A stretch of 64,000 nucleotides of DNA from Minisyncoccia bacterium. Lineage in GTDB: Bacteria > Patescibacteriota > Minisyncoccia > Phycocordibacterales > DATDWN01. This document shows positions 28,074-38,033 of this stretch, piece by piece. The notes under the pieces were generated by a model that ran no database searches, was not told the origin of the DNA, and worked only from the letters and a program-made list of their open reading frames with translations. Each line of letters begins with the position of its first letter. Position 1 is the stretch's first letter. Position numbers and translations under genes: made by a program. The stretch covers positions 108,610 to 172,609 of the forward strand of contig JBAQTF010000010.1 in assembly GCA_049296855.1 (NCBI GenBank), read 5' to 3'.

Positions 28074-28280
28074 GTGATTGAACAATGTAAGAAGTTAGCT
28101 GTTGCAAACAGTAAGCTTGTTCCTTGTAACGGCCCTGTCGAACCTGTCCTGACAGAAATGGGAAAACGAGTCTCGTTGGACTACGTCTGTATGAAATGCG
28201 GACAAGCCCAATCAAGTGAGGCGATTTCCGTCCAGGTGTGGGATCCTAACGAGGATTCCTATAGGAGACTGGATAACTAG
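28074..28280 (+). CDS. hypothetical small protein with four Cys (Zn-ribbon-like)
   Basis: GGAGGTG lies upstream of a GTG start. The Cys residues are spaced CxxxxxC...CMKC. A terminator hairpin follows at 28283-28320. Confidence 0.35.
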   Translation: MIEQCKKLAVANSKLVPCNGPVEPVLTEMGKRVSLDYVCMKCGQAQSSEAISVQVWDPNEDSYRRLDN

Positions 28281-28377
28281 GCCGACATTCATTACGAGTG
28301 TCGGCCTATCGCTTTGTTTATTAATTCATTTTTCATAAAGTATGCTAATTTGTTATAGTTACCTTGTACCAAATCCG

Positions 28378-28451
28378 CCTGTAGCTCAGTTGGTTAGAGC
28401 ATCGAGCTTATACCTCGAGGGTCCCACGTTCGAGTCGTGGCAGGCGGACAA
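28378..28451 (+). tRNA. tRNA-Ile with anticodon UAU
   Basis: The molecule folds as a cloverleaf. The acceptor stem is CCGCCTG/CAGGCGG, the D-arm is GCTC-AGTTGGTTA-GAGC, the anticodon stem-loop is TCGAG-CTTATAC-CTCGA, and the T-arm is CCACG-TTCGAGT-CGTGG. The discriminator is A and CCA is not encoded. Confidence 0.8.
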
Positions 28452-28455
28452 GCGA

Positions 28456-28485
28456 AAAAATCTCCACTGCTGGAGATTTTTTCAG
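28456..28485 (+). terminator. terminator after the tRNA
   Basis: The hairpin atctcca-ctgc-tggagat is followed by tttttt. Confidence 0.6.
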
Positions 28486-28671
28486 ACTTGTTCGAGCCGA
28501 AGCTATATTTTTTAGTAGGAAAATAAGCGAGACGGGGTCGAGGAAATTTTGTTTTGACGAAAACAAAATTATCCGTGACGATAAGCCGAATCTACACGTT
28601 TACTTGCAAAACCCACTGTAGACTTGTAATATTTCTTTAGAACGTTCACCATCTTTCAAAGGATAATTCTT

Positions 28672-28890
28672 ATGTTTAAGTATTGTGGATTCCAAGTCGA
28701 AAAAGCGAGATTTTGCGAGATTAAATTCGCAGAAAAATTTATCGATCAAGGTGGTCGACTTATGTACAAAACTGGAGAGCTAGAATGTACGTGGTTTAAT
28801 AACGGTTTTGTCAGTATTTTCACCCTTCGAACAGAAGAATCTGAGAGGGAATTTCTCAGAGTTATAAAGAGTAATCCAAAAAACAAGTAG
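28672..28890 (+). CDS. hypothetical small protein
   Basis: The ORF is preceded by TTGCAA-N17-TAATAT and AAGGA. Confidence 0.3.
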   Translation: MFKYCGFQVEKARFCEIKFAEKFIDQGGRLMYKTGELECTWFNNGFVSIFTLRTEESEREFLRVIKSNPKNK

Positions 28891-28936
28891 GCTCGTGGAA
28901 AAGCAGACTGCACGTCGCTTACCACGAGCTTTTCCA

Positions 28937-31105
28937 TTATTCAAAATGTATCTTCTTTGTCTGTGTTTTAAAATAATCTATAATTAATGGGTACTTTTTG
29001 AATTCAGAATCTTCCTCAACTATTCGTGTCGCCTCGAAACGAGAAGCTTCTACCATTTTTATATTTTTAATAGCTTCCATGGCGATATCCGAGATGCCCC
29101 ACTGTTTTCTACCGTATAATTCTCCAGCTCCACGTTGTGACAAATCAAACTCAGCAAGCTCAAAACCGTTTTTTGCAGTTACCAAAGCCTTTAATCTATC
29201 TCTAGTTTTTTGTCCGCTACTTTCAGAAAAAACGTAACAATACGCTTGATGATTAGAACGTATCACTCGTCCACGAAGTTGATGAAGTTGGGAAAGTCCA
29301 AATCTCTCAGCACCTTCTATAACAATCGAGGTCGCATTTGGAACATTCACACCAACCTCAACGACAGAGGTAGCCACCAGTATTTTTGTTTTTCCACTAG
29401 AAAAGTCATCCATCACTTTTTCTTTTTCAACCGGAGTCATTTTACTATGAAGAATTGCAATGGAATATTCTGGAAAAACTTCTTTTTTTAGTCTCTCTGC
29501 CTCGAGATTTACCGACTTTGCAATAATAGCTAACTCTTTTGTTGGATCGGGTTCTTCTATACGTGGACAAATAACATACAGTTGTCTTCCAGCCTTTAAT
29601 TCTGTTCGTATTGCTTCGTATGCGATATTTCGCTCTGTTGGTAAAATTATTTTTGTAATAATAGGTTTTCGCCCGTGAGGCATCTGATCAAGAAGAGTTA
29701 TATCTAAATCTCCGTAAATAGTTAGAGCCAGAGTACGAGGAATAGGGGTTGCTGTCATTGAAAGTAGGTGGGGAGTCAGTTCATTCTTAGTTGTCAGTTT
29801 TTGTCTCTGTAATGTACCGAAACGATGTTGTTCATCTATTACAACATAAGCAAGATGTTTAAACGTCACGGATTTCTGAATCAGTGCATGAGTCCCTATC
29901 AAAATGGGTACTTCCCCATTTGCAACCCATTTTAAGAGTTGTGTACGTGAAATTTTTGTCGGTCTACTTGGATTACTTTTGGACGGGAAAATCTGACAAC
30001 CACTACCAGTGATAAGTCCGATTTTGACGGGAAGATGTTCAAAATAAGTTATAAAATTTTCATAGTGCTGTTTAGCCAATATTTCCGTCGGAACCATATA
30101 GGCCGTCTGTAGATTCCCATAATCTTTACCGATTGGTCTTGTAATAGTAACTGCATATATAGTTGTTGCTGCGACAGCAGTTTTGCCAGAACCTACGTCT
30201 CCTTCGAGTAAACGAGACATAGGATAACCTCTTTTGAAATCATTGTTTATTGATTTAATTGCTTGTAATTGTGACTCTGTTGATTCAAAGGGAAATCTTT
30301 TTACGAATTCCGTAATATCTTTTTCATTAATTTCAATTTTGAAAGCGTTTTTTTTGCTCCAAAGTTTCTTCTCTTTTTGTTTTTGAAGCTGAATGAAAAA
30401 TATTTCTTGGAAAGCAAACCTTTTACGAGCAGATAAGGCATCCGCCTCTTTTTTAGGAGTGTGGATCCATATGAGAGCAGTGCGAATGTTTGGTAAATTG
30501 TATTTTTTTAAAATATCTTCTGGTATTGGATCAACTAGAGCGTCGAGGACTCCCTTTGACATAAGTTTTTGCATAGCATGATATATCCAATTTGAACTTA
30601 TTCCTCTACTCTCTGGATAAACAGGATATAGGACATGACTGTTGTCTATATTTTTTATATCTTTACCAAAAAGTGAGTCTCCTACGGCAGTGGGTAAATT
30701 ATTAACTACCTCTATTTTAGGGTTACTCATGTACAACTCTGATTTCCTTTCACTTACTTTTCCGAGAACTCGAACTAACTGGCCCCCATGTACCATTTTT
30801 GCAATGTAAGGCTGATTGAACCAAACCACTTTTATTTTTCCCGTCTCGTCTTCTACAACACCCTCAGACATCGGGATCTTTTTAATCCAAGCCTTACTAG
30901 TTTTAAGCCCTGAGATTTTTCCAAATACCACAGCAGTGTCTCCTTTTAAAATATTTTCAATAGTCTTTATTTGACTAGTATCTCCGTATCGAACGGGAAA
31001 GTAGTAAAGTAAGTCTTCGACTGTAGAAATACCCATTTTGAGCAGAGCTTTCTTTTGAATCTCAACTAATCGGAAAATTTTATCTAATCTGATGTGCAAA
31101 TCCAT
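28937..31105 (-). CDS. recG: ATP-dependent DNA helicase RecG
   Basis: It has a wedge domain, SF2 helicase motifs and a DEQH box. Confidence 0.9.
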   Translation of the reverse strand: MDLHIRLDKIFRLVEIQKKALLKMGISTVEDLLYYFPVRYGDTSQIKTIENILKGDTAVVFGKISGLKTSKAWIKKIPMSEGVVEDETGKIKVVWFNQPYIAKMVHGGQLVRVLGKVSERKSELYMSNPKIEVVNNLPTAVGDSLFGKDIKNIDNSHVLYPVYPESRGISSNWIYHAMQKLMSKGVLDALVDPIPEDILKKYNLPNIRTALIWIHTPKKEADALSARKRFAFQEIFFIQLQKQKEKKLWSKKNAFKIEINEKDITEFVKRFPFESTESQLQAIKSINNDFKRGYPMSRLLEGDVGSGKTAVAATTIYAVTITRPIGKDYGNLQTAYMVPTEILAKQHYENFITYFEHLPVKIGLITGSGCQIFPSKSNPSRPTKISRTQLLKWVANGEVPILIGTHALIQKSVTFKHLAYVVIDEQHRFGTLQRQKLTTKNELTPHLLSMTATPIPRTLALTIYGDLDITLLDQMPHGRKPIITKIILPTERNIAYEAIRTELKAGRQLYVICPRIEEPDPTKELAIIAKSVNLEAERLKKEVFPEYSIAILHSKMTPVEKEKVMDDFSSGKTKILVATSVVEVGVNVPNATSIVIEGAERFGLSQLHQLRGRVIRSNHQAYCYVFSESSGQKTRDRLKALVTAKNGFELAEFDLSQRGAGELYGRKQWGISDIAMEAIKNIKMVEASRFEATRIVEEDSEFKKYPLIIDYFKTQTKKIHFE

Positions 31106-31195
31106 GAAGGTAGTTTAGCACTTTTTATTAATTACACCTCCAGAAAAAGCCTAAATAAGCCCTTGCAAAAATGAATCTTTTGTGATATCCTGTGC

Positions 31196-31465
31196 TTGAT
31201 GCTTACGAAAATGAAAAAAACGAAGGTAATCAAGGGTGTACAGGTTCACGAGAAGGACACTGGCTCTCCTGAGGTACAAATCGCTATTTTGACTCGTCGA
31301 ATTGACGAACTTGCTTCGCATTTGAAGAAAAATGCTAAAGATAACCATTCTAGACGTGGCTTACTACAGATGGTTGCTAATAGAAAGTCTCACATGAAAT
31401 ATCTAGAGAAGAAGAGTCCTCGAAGATATAACTCTCTTATCAAGAAAATCGGTTTGAAGAAGTAA
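31196..31465 (+). CDS. rpsO: 30S ribosomal protein S15
   Basis: The S15 family sequence is recognisable. Confidence 0.9.
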   Translation: MMLTKMKKTKVIKGVQVHEKDTGSPEVQIAILTRRIDELASHLKKNAKDNHSRRGLLQMVANRKSHMKYLEKKSPRRYNSLIKKIGLKK

Positions 31466-31541
31466 ATACTCTTGAGTTTTTGTTCGTGATACAATGTAGG
31501 TAGGTTTATTTTTAATATTGTTAGTCTAATTTTTTAATATA

Positions 31542-32090
31542 ATGAGTGTAATAAAACACAAAAATCAACGAGTTGGTATTTTTATTGATACCCAAAACCT
31601 TTACCATTGCGCTAAAAATATTTATGGAGCGAAGGTTAACTTCGATCAAGTGGTCAAAGATGGTCTATCAGGAAGACTGTTAACTAGAGCAGTAGCCTAC
31701 GTTATCACCACAGAGTCAGGTGAAGAGAAAAATTTTTTTGAAGCTCTAGGAAAAATGGGAATAGAAACAAAAACAAAAAATTTACAGATTTTCTCTGGAG
31801 GAGCAAAAAAGGCTGATTGGGATGTGGGACTTGCAGTAGACGCTATCAAATTAGCGCCGAAACTTGATGCAATCATTCTTGTCACAGGTGATGGAGATTT
31901 TGTCCCACTTATTGAATATTTACAAAATGTTGGTTGTCAGGTAGAAGTTATGTCTTTTGGTAAAGCCACATCAGCAAAACTTATAGAAGTAAGTGACGAC
32001 TTTATAGACCTAGACACAAACCCAGTCAAATACCTTATTGGTTTCGGAGGAAACAAACGTATACGCAGAGGACCACGTACTTCACAATAA
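31542..32090 (+). CDS. NYN/LabA-like (PIN-like) domain protein
   Basis: The N-terminal motif VGIFIDTQNL is NYN-like, and acidic residues are conserved. Confidence 0.7.
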   Translation: MSVIKHKNQRVGIFIDTQNLYHCAKNIYGAKVNFDQVVKDGLSGRLLTRAVAYVITTESGEEKNFFEALGKMGIETKTKNLQIFSGGAKKADWDVGLAVDAIKLAPKLDAIILVTGDGDFVPLIEYLQNVGCQVEVMSFGKATSAKLIEVSDDFIDLDTNPVKYLIGFGGNKRIRRGPRTSQ

Positions 32091-32189
32091 AAAATTTAGT
32101 GATACTCTACAAAAATATCACTAGTATTAAGCTCTTTTTGTGCTGTTAACTTCTAACAAAATTACTATAATTCTGCTACAATACTGGAA

Positions 32190-33047
32190 ATGAATCCTGA
32201 AGAAAATAAAGAAGTAAGGAATGAAATCAAGACCCTTCGTACGTACAAAGGGGACATCGAAGATGCTATATCAGAAAATAAAACCTCCTCTACTACTATA
32301 CTTGTTGCAGAACAGGAAAAGAGAGGCTTTGCTCCACTCCCTTCCGAAGAAAGTGGTCAGGTGAAAAATCGAAATAAAATTATTATTATAGGTGGAGGAG
32401 TTTTACTTTTTCTTGGTCTATTTATTGTAGGTGGAGTATATTATCTGAAATCCGAAAGTGTAGTAATAATAGAAAGAAAAATAAAAACTCCTATAGGGTT
32501 CTCTTTAGAAAAAACCTTGCTGGTAGCAAGTTCAACAAAAGAACAACTTAGAAAACAAATTCTCTCTGAAAAAAACTCGTTTAGTATGCCTAAAAACTCT
32601 GTACTTTATATAAATACTGTGGACCCAAATGGCTACTCAACCAGCCCATCAAATTTTCTATCTATTATTACCACCAAGACCCCATCAACACTAGGAAGAT
32701 CAGTCGGAGACGAGTACATGCTAGGAGCTTATGCTTCTGGAACAAACGAACCATTTATTATTTTTACTACAAACGATTTTCCGACAAGCTATTCGGGAAT
32801 GCTCAGTTGGGAAAAAACTATGGCGTCTGACGTTGGATGGTTATTTGGAATAAATGAACAGGATATGTCAGCTAAATTTCTAGATGAAGAATCACAAAAT
32901 AGAGACTTGCGTATATTAAAAAATAACAACGGAAAAATAATTCTACTTTACACAATTGTAGATAAAGATGCGATTATTATCACGAGTAGTCAAAATATAT
33001 TGAACGCTTTGATAGAAAAATACATCATAAATAAACAGATAAGATAA
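32190..33047 (+). CDS. hypothetical single-pass membrane protein
   Basis: It has one TM helix after a charged N-terminus. Confidence 0.45.
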   Translation: MNPEENKEVRNEIKTLRTYKGDIEDAISENKTSSTTILVAEQEKRGFAPLPSEESGQVKNRNKIIIIGGGVLLFLGLFIVGGVYYLKSESVVIIERKIKTPIGFSLEKTLLVASSTKEQLRKQILSEKNSFSMPKNSVLYINTVDPNGYSTSPSNFLSIITTKTPSTLGRSVGDEYMLGAYASGTNEPFIIFTTNDFPTSYSGMLSWEKTMASDVGWLFGINEQDMSAKFLDEESQNRDLRILKNNNGKIILLYTIVDKDAIIITSSQNILNALIEKYIINKQIR

Positions 33048-33094
33048 GACTTGTGACGACTATTTCCCAAGATAGACTGTGATATAATCAGTCT

Positions 33095-33454
33095 ATGTTA
33101 GACACAAAACATTTCAAAAAACTCCTAGAAAAAGAGGTGGAACTCCTGGAGAGTGAACTCTCTACTATAGGTCGAAAAAATCCAGACAATCCATCTGATT
33201 GGGAAGCTGTAGAAAAAAATAACGATAGAGATACTGCAGAAGACGTTGAAGTAGCTGACAGTATGGAAGAATTCGAAGTGAACAGATCGATACTAACTCA
33301 ACTTGAAATAAGACTTAATGAAACAAAAAACGCTCTTATAAAGATAGAAAAGGGGAACTATGGGATTTGTGAAAAAGGAGGTGAACCTATTGAGGAAGAT
33401 AGATTGGAAGCCAACCCTTCAGCAACAACTTGCAAAAAACATATGGGTGAGTAG
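33095..33454 (+). CDS. DksA/TraR-family C4 zinc-finger protein
   Basis: It has a coiled-coil and a C-terminal CxxC...CxxC-like Cys cluster (ICEKGGEPIEEDRLEANPSATTCKKHM). Confidence 0.55.
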   Translation: MLDTKHFKKLLEKEVELLESELSTIGRKNPDNPSDWEAVEKNNDRDTAEDVEVADSMEEFEVNRSILTQLEIRLNETKNALIKIEKGNYGICEKGGEPIEEDRLEANPSATTCKKHMGE

Positions 33455-33465
33455 ACTACCAGGTT

Positions 33466-35031
33466 ATGGTAGCTAAGATATTCAGTGCACAGGCAACACT
33501 CCTTTCAGCTCAAATAATAGACATAGAGGTAGATTTATCGCGAGGTTTGCATTCATTTTCTATTGTTGGGTTAGCAGACAAATCAGTGGATGAAAGTAAA
33601 GACCGTGTCGGTGCCGCTATAAAAAACTCTGGATGGAAATCTCCAAAAAATAAAAACCAGAAAGTGGTAGTTTCTCTTGCCCCAGCAGATGTGAAGAAAG
33701 AAGGACCTATTTTTGATCTGCCTATTGCACTTGCTTATCTCATCGCATCAGAAGATATAAAAGCCGATACAAAAAACAAATTGTTTATTGGGGAACTTTC
33801 TCTCGACGGAGAACTGCGTCCGATAAAGGGAGCTCTGCCCATCGCTCAAAAAGCTAAAAAGGAGGGTTTTAAGGAAATATTTTTACCTCTAGAAAATGCG
33901 CAGGAAGCTTCCAATATCGCTGATATAAAAATATATGGAGCAAAAAGTCTTTTGGAGATAGTTAAACATATAAATACCAAAGAAATTGTAGAAGATAAAA
34001 ATCCCATACCTCATGTGGAGATGTCGGTTTATAAAAGTAAAAAGAAAAAGAAATTATCTCGAGAAATTGATATTGATTTTGCAGATGTAAAAGGTCAGGA
34101 ATCTGCTAAGCGAGGTTTGGAGATTGCGGCTAGTGGCGGACATAATATCATAATGTATGGTCCACCTGGTACAGGAAAAACCATGTTGGCCAGAGCATTC
34201 ACTCATCTACTTCCATCACTATCATTTGACGACCAGCTCGAAGTAACTTCGATATATTCTATTGGAGGAATACTACAGGAAGATCTTATTGAACATCCAC
34301 CATTTCGTTCACCACACCATACCGCGTCATATGTATCACTCGTCGGTGGAGGAGCCAATTTAAAACCAGGGGAGGTGACTCTTGCACACAAAGGGGTACT
34401 TTTCCTAGATGAATTTCCAGAATTTGATAAAAAGGTTTTAGAAAGTCTGAGACAGCCATTAGAGGACAGGGAGGTAACAGTCTCTCGCGCGAAAGGTTCT
34501 GTTAAATATCCAGCACATTTTATACTCATCGCCACAATGAATCCCTGTCCTTGTGGAAACTATGGAGTAAAAGGTAAAGAGTGTATTTGCTCTGCCCAAA
34601 ATATAGAAAAATATAAAAGAAAACTTTCCGGACCAATCATGGACCGTATTGACTTATGGGTCGAGGTTTCAAAAGTCGAGCACACTAAACTGACCGATAG
34701 TCGCGACATGCACGAAAGTACAAAAGACAAAAAGTTTCGAGTACAAAAGGCTCGTAAAATGCAGGAGGATAGATATAAAGATCTAAAGTTAAAAATAAAA
34801 ACAAACGCACAGCTTAGTCCAAAAGATTTGGTAAGACACACCAAACTTTCGGACAAAGTAAAAGAAACTCTTAACATTTCCGCAAAACAACTAGACCTCT
34901 CCGCCCGTTCCTACCACCGAATCATAAAACTGGCTCGAACTATCGCCGACATGGAAAGCTCTGTTGAAATATCCGAAGGGCACATTCTCGAAGCCTTACA
35001 GTATCGCCCTAAAAGATTCCAAGGAATATAG
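33466..35031 (+). CDS. comM: YifB/ComM family Mg-chelatase-like AAA+ ATPase
   Basis: It has a Lon-like N-domain, a Walker A motif (GPPGTGKT) and a ChlI-like C-terminus. Confidence 0.85.
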   Translation: MVAKIFSAQATLLSAQIIDIEVDLSRGLHSFSIVGLADKSVDESKDRVGAAIKNSGWKSPKNKNQKVVVSLAPADVKKEGPIFDLPIALAYLIASEDIKADTKNKLFIGELSLDGELRPIKGALPIAQKAKKEGFKEIFLPLENAQEASNIADIKIYGAKSLLEIVKHINTKEIVEDKNPIPHVEMSVYKSKKKKKLSREIDIDFADVKGQESAKRGLEIAASGGHNIIMYGPPGTGKTMLARAFTHLLPSLSFDDQLEVTSIYSIGGILQEDLIEHPPFRSPHHTASYVSLVGGGANLKPGEVTLAHKGVLFLDEFPEFDKKVLESLRQPLEDREVTVSRAKGSVKYPAHFILIATMNPCPCGNYGVKGKECICSAQNIEKYKRKLSGPIMDRIDLWVEVSKVEHTKLTDSRDMHESTKDKKFRVQKARKMQEDRYKDLKLKIKTNAQLSPKDLVRHTKLSDKVKETLNISAKQLDLSARSYHRIIKLARTIADMESSVEISEGHILEALQYRPKRFQGI

Positions 35032-35070
35032 TTTATTGAACTCATCGATATGTAGTATACTCGGACATAT

Positions 35071-36561
35071 ATGTCCGAACACAAAATCATCCTCTCGATT
35101 GCTTTTGTGTCAGGTATGGCGATTACCGCTATGGAAATCTCCGCCTCTCGACTTCTAGCCCCATATTTTGGGACTTCACTTTTTGTCTGGACTAATATAA
35201 TCAGTGTTGTACTTTTGGCACTTTCTATCGGGTATTATTTTGGAGGGAAGATGTCAGAAAAAAATCCCGATCTAAGTTTTTTATTTAGAATCATTTTATC
35301 AGCTGGATTATTATGCATATTTTCACCATTACTTATACAGCTACTGTTAATAACATTAGTAGTTGTCTTACCGTCTTCTATCTCTTTATTTATTATTCTA
35401 GGATCTCTTTTATTTTCGATTATTTTATTTGGCGTTCCTTTGGTACTTCTTGGGATGACTAGTCCTTTCTTGATTAAAATAGCAACAATTAATGAAGAAA
35501 AAGTTGGTGATATCTCTGGAAAAATATTTGCCTTTTCTACTATAGGAAGTCTTTTTGGAACATTTTTACCGACATTTATTTTTATTCCGTTTCTTGGAAC
35601 AAAAATAACCATAATGTTTTTCTCCGGAATATTGATCGTCTTAGGTAGTTTTGGCTTGAAAAGAAAATGGTTCTTCGTAACCACAGCGGTAATTATTGCT
35701 ATGCTTTTTTCTCCATTAAAAATACTTGAGCCAGTAGATAAAATACTTGCCGAGAAAGATTCTTTCTACCAATTTATCCAGATAAAAGAAAAAAATGGTA
35801 TACGTCATCTATCAACCGATGGAGGTTTGGGTATACAATCTATATATAATCCAAAACAAGTAACGACTGGAGAATATTATGATTCATTCATGTTGTTACC
35901 ATATTTATTTAACAAAAAGGATCCAGTTAATGTTCTTATTATAGGTCTAGCTGGGGGAACTATAGCCAGAGGACTCTATTCTGAATTCGGAACACGAGTC
36001 AGAATGGACGGAGTAGAGATTGATCCGAAAATTATAGAGTTATCAAAAAAATATCTTGATTTAGAAAGTATCCCCATAAATATTTACGAAACTGATGGAC
36101 GTGTTTTTCTACAGTCAAGTTCTAAAAAATACGACGTTATTATAGTTGATGCTTATCAAAACGAATTTCATGTCCCTTGGACAATGACCACGAAAGAATT
36201 CTGGCAAACTACTCTACAACATCTGACTGAAAAGGGGATTGTAGCAATTAATGTCATATCCCCCAACAGGAAATCCCTACTGATTGAAGCTATAACTAAT
36301 ACTATTTCTTCTGTCTTAAGTTACACTATCGTAGCTCACCCTGGAGACAATAATAATTTTAATTATTTCGTCATTGGAAGTAAAAACAAAATAGAAACTG
36401 CTCTTTTAAAAAATGCTCATAATCTAGAACTAGCAAAGACTGGAGAGAAAATTATAAATAGTGCAGAGATTGTCACGTTCGAACCTCAAGAAAGAATCTT
36501 AACTGATGACAAAGCACCAGTCGAATTCCTTACTGACACCACATTTCTAAATTATTTTTAG
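35071..36561 (+). CDS. fused polytopic membrane domain plus spermidine synthase-like methyltransferase-fold domain
   Basis: There are about 7 TM helices, followed by GLAGG...DVIIVDAYQN, which is a spermine/spermidine synthase fold. Confidence 0.65.
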   Translation: MSEHKIILSIAFVSGMAITAMEISASRLLAPYFGTSLFVWTNIISVVLLALSIGYYFGGKMSEKNPDLSFLFRIILSAGLLCIFSPLLIQLLLITLVVVLPSSISLFIILGSLLFSIILFGVPLVLLGMTSPFLIKIATINEEKVGDISGKIFAFSTIGSLFGTFLPTFIFIPFLGTKITIMFFSGILIVLGSFGLKRKWFFVTTAVIIAMLFSPLKILEPVDKILAEKDSFYQFIQIKEKNGIRHLSTDGGLGIQSIYNPKQVTTGEYYDSFMLLPYLFNKKDPVNVLIIGLAGGTIARGLYSEFGTRVRMDGVEIDPKIIELSKKYLDLESIPINIYETDGRVFLQSSSKKYDVIIVDAYQNEFHVPWTMTTKEFWQTTLQHLTEKGIVAINVISPNRKSLLIEAITNTISSVLSYTIVAHPGDNNNFNYFVIGSKNKIETALLKNAHNLELAKTGEKIINSAEIVTFEPQERILTDDKAPVEFLTDTTFLNYF

Positions 36562-36722
36562 TAAAAAATTAAAACAACATTCGAAAACGACACGTTAGAA
36601 CTTTCACAATCTGGATACAGTTCTAGGCGGAAAGGTAAATGGGCAAGGAGACGTACATGTGGTACGTTGACGAGAATATTTGCCTTTCCAACAACGAAAT
36701 GTGCCAGATTTGGAAGTTCTAA

Positions 36723-37847
36723 CTAGAATGGATTCTTGGCTCCGCGGATTTCAAAGTGTAGATGCGTGCCGGTTATCCCCTTAACGCTACCGGAATGTCC
36801 CATTTTACCTATAACTTGTCCTTGCTGTACATGATCACCAACGTTAACTAAAGTTGCGCTTAAATGTCCGTACAGAGTCTGAGTACCATTTCCGTGTTTG
36901 AGTACGATATAAGAACCATAACCACCATTCCATCCAGTTGCTCGAGAAATGATTACATCTCCCTCGGCCGAAGCGAGAATGTTTGAACCGTATGCTGAAG
37001 CAAGATCAACACCGTTGTGGCCGTGAATACCTTGAGTTTTTATACCGCCTATAATAGGTCGCATGTAATAACCAGCATAAACAGGATAGGAGGGACCAGT
37101 TTTACCAACACCACCAGAAGTAGAGCCAGAAATAGTAACCGCTTCACCATCTGGAACAACGATAATATCTCCTATGGCCAATTTATCATCCTTATTTAAA
37201 TTATTATATTGCAAAATTTCATCTAAATCTCCTTTATGAAGTTTAGCTATACTTTGCAGAGTATCACCAGACTTTACGATATGTTGTATCCCAGAAATAG
37301 GGAGAATGACCAGAGTCTGACCGGAAGTTATAGTATTTCCTTTTATATCGTTTGCCCAACGTACAGTATTTACGCTGACACCAAACATTTTGGCTATAGC
37401 AGGTAGTGTATCTCCAGAATGAACTACGTAGACACTAATCTGATCTTCGTCTAGTGATTTCATCAATGAAGTAGGTGGAGGTACAGTTTCTGGAGAAAGA
37501 GATGTCCCTTCAACAATAGCTAACTCTCCAGTCGAAGTCGCACCTTGACCAGGAGAATTGACTGCCTGAAGTAAAAACATGTTTTGAGAATTTAAAACTA
37601 CCTCTTCAGCCTGTACCTTTTCTGTACAAAAAATCCAAAGAAAACATGTGGTAGAACCCTTAGCACTTACTGTATTAGGCATAAAAATAGACACAAATAA
37701 AACAGGCAAAACCACAGTGTTGCAAAGTAGAAAATTACATATGTTCACCACAGAAAGGCGAGATCCCACGTGACGGCATTTAACAATAAACGCCCTACCC
37801 ATGCTTTTAAGACCTGTCCAGAACAGTGGATCTTGTAGTAGACCCAA
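36723..37847 (-). CDS. LysM-domain M23 peptidoglycan endopeptidase
   Basis: It has two LysM motifs and the M23 zinc motif HxxxD...HLHFE. The start is uncertain. Confidence 0.8.
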   Translation of the reverse strand: MGLLQDPLFWTGLKSMGRAFIVKCRHVGSRLSVVNICNFLLCNTVVLPVLFVSIFMPNTVSAKGSTTCFLWIFCTEKVQAEEVVLNSQNMFLLQAVNSPGQGATSTGELAIVEGTSLSPETVPPPTSLMKSLDEDQISVYVVHSGDTLPAIAKMFGVSVNTVRWANDIKGNTITSGQTLVILPISGIQHIVKSGDTLQSIAKLHKGDLDEILQYNNLNKDDKLAIGDIIVVPDGEAVTISGSTSGGVGKTGPSYPVYAGYYMRPIIGGIKTQGIHGHNGVDLASAYGSNILASAEGDVIISRATGWNGGYGSYIVLKHGNGTQTLYGHLSATLVNVGDHVQQGQVIGKMGHSGSVKGITGTHLHFEIRGAKNPF

Positions 37848-38033
37848 AATAAACTAAATATTAACTTGTATTCAGAAAAACAGAATTGAAATATGGCTCT
37901 GCCTAGCCGTATTTGTATATCTAAAGTACGGTACCCACTCATTATATACGCTCAAAATTCGGGGTCAATGAAAGTTATTAACAGGGTATAAAACTAAATA
38001 TTAAGCAAATTTGACACGTGTTATGATTGTGAA

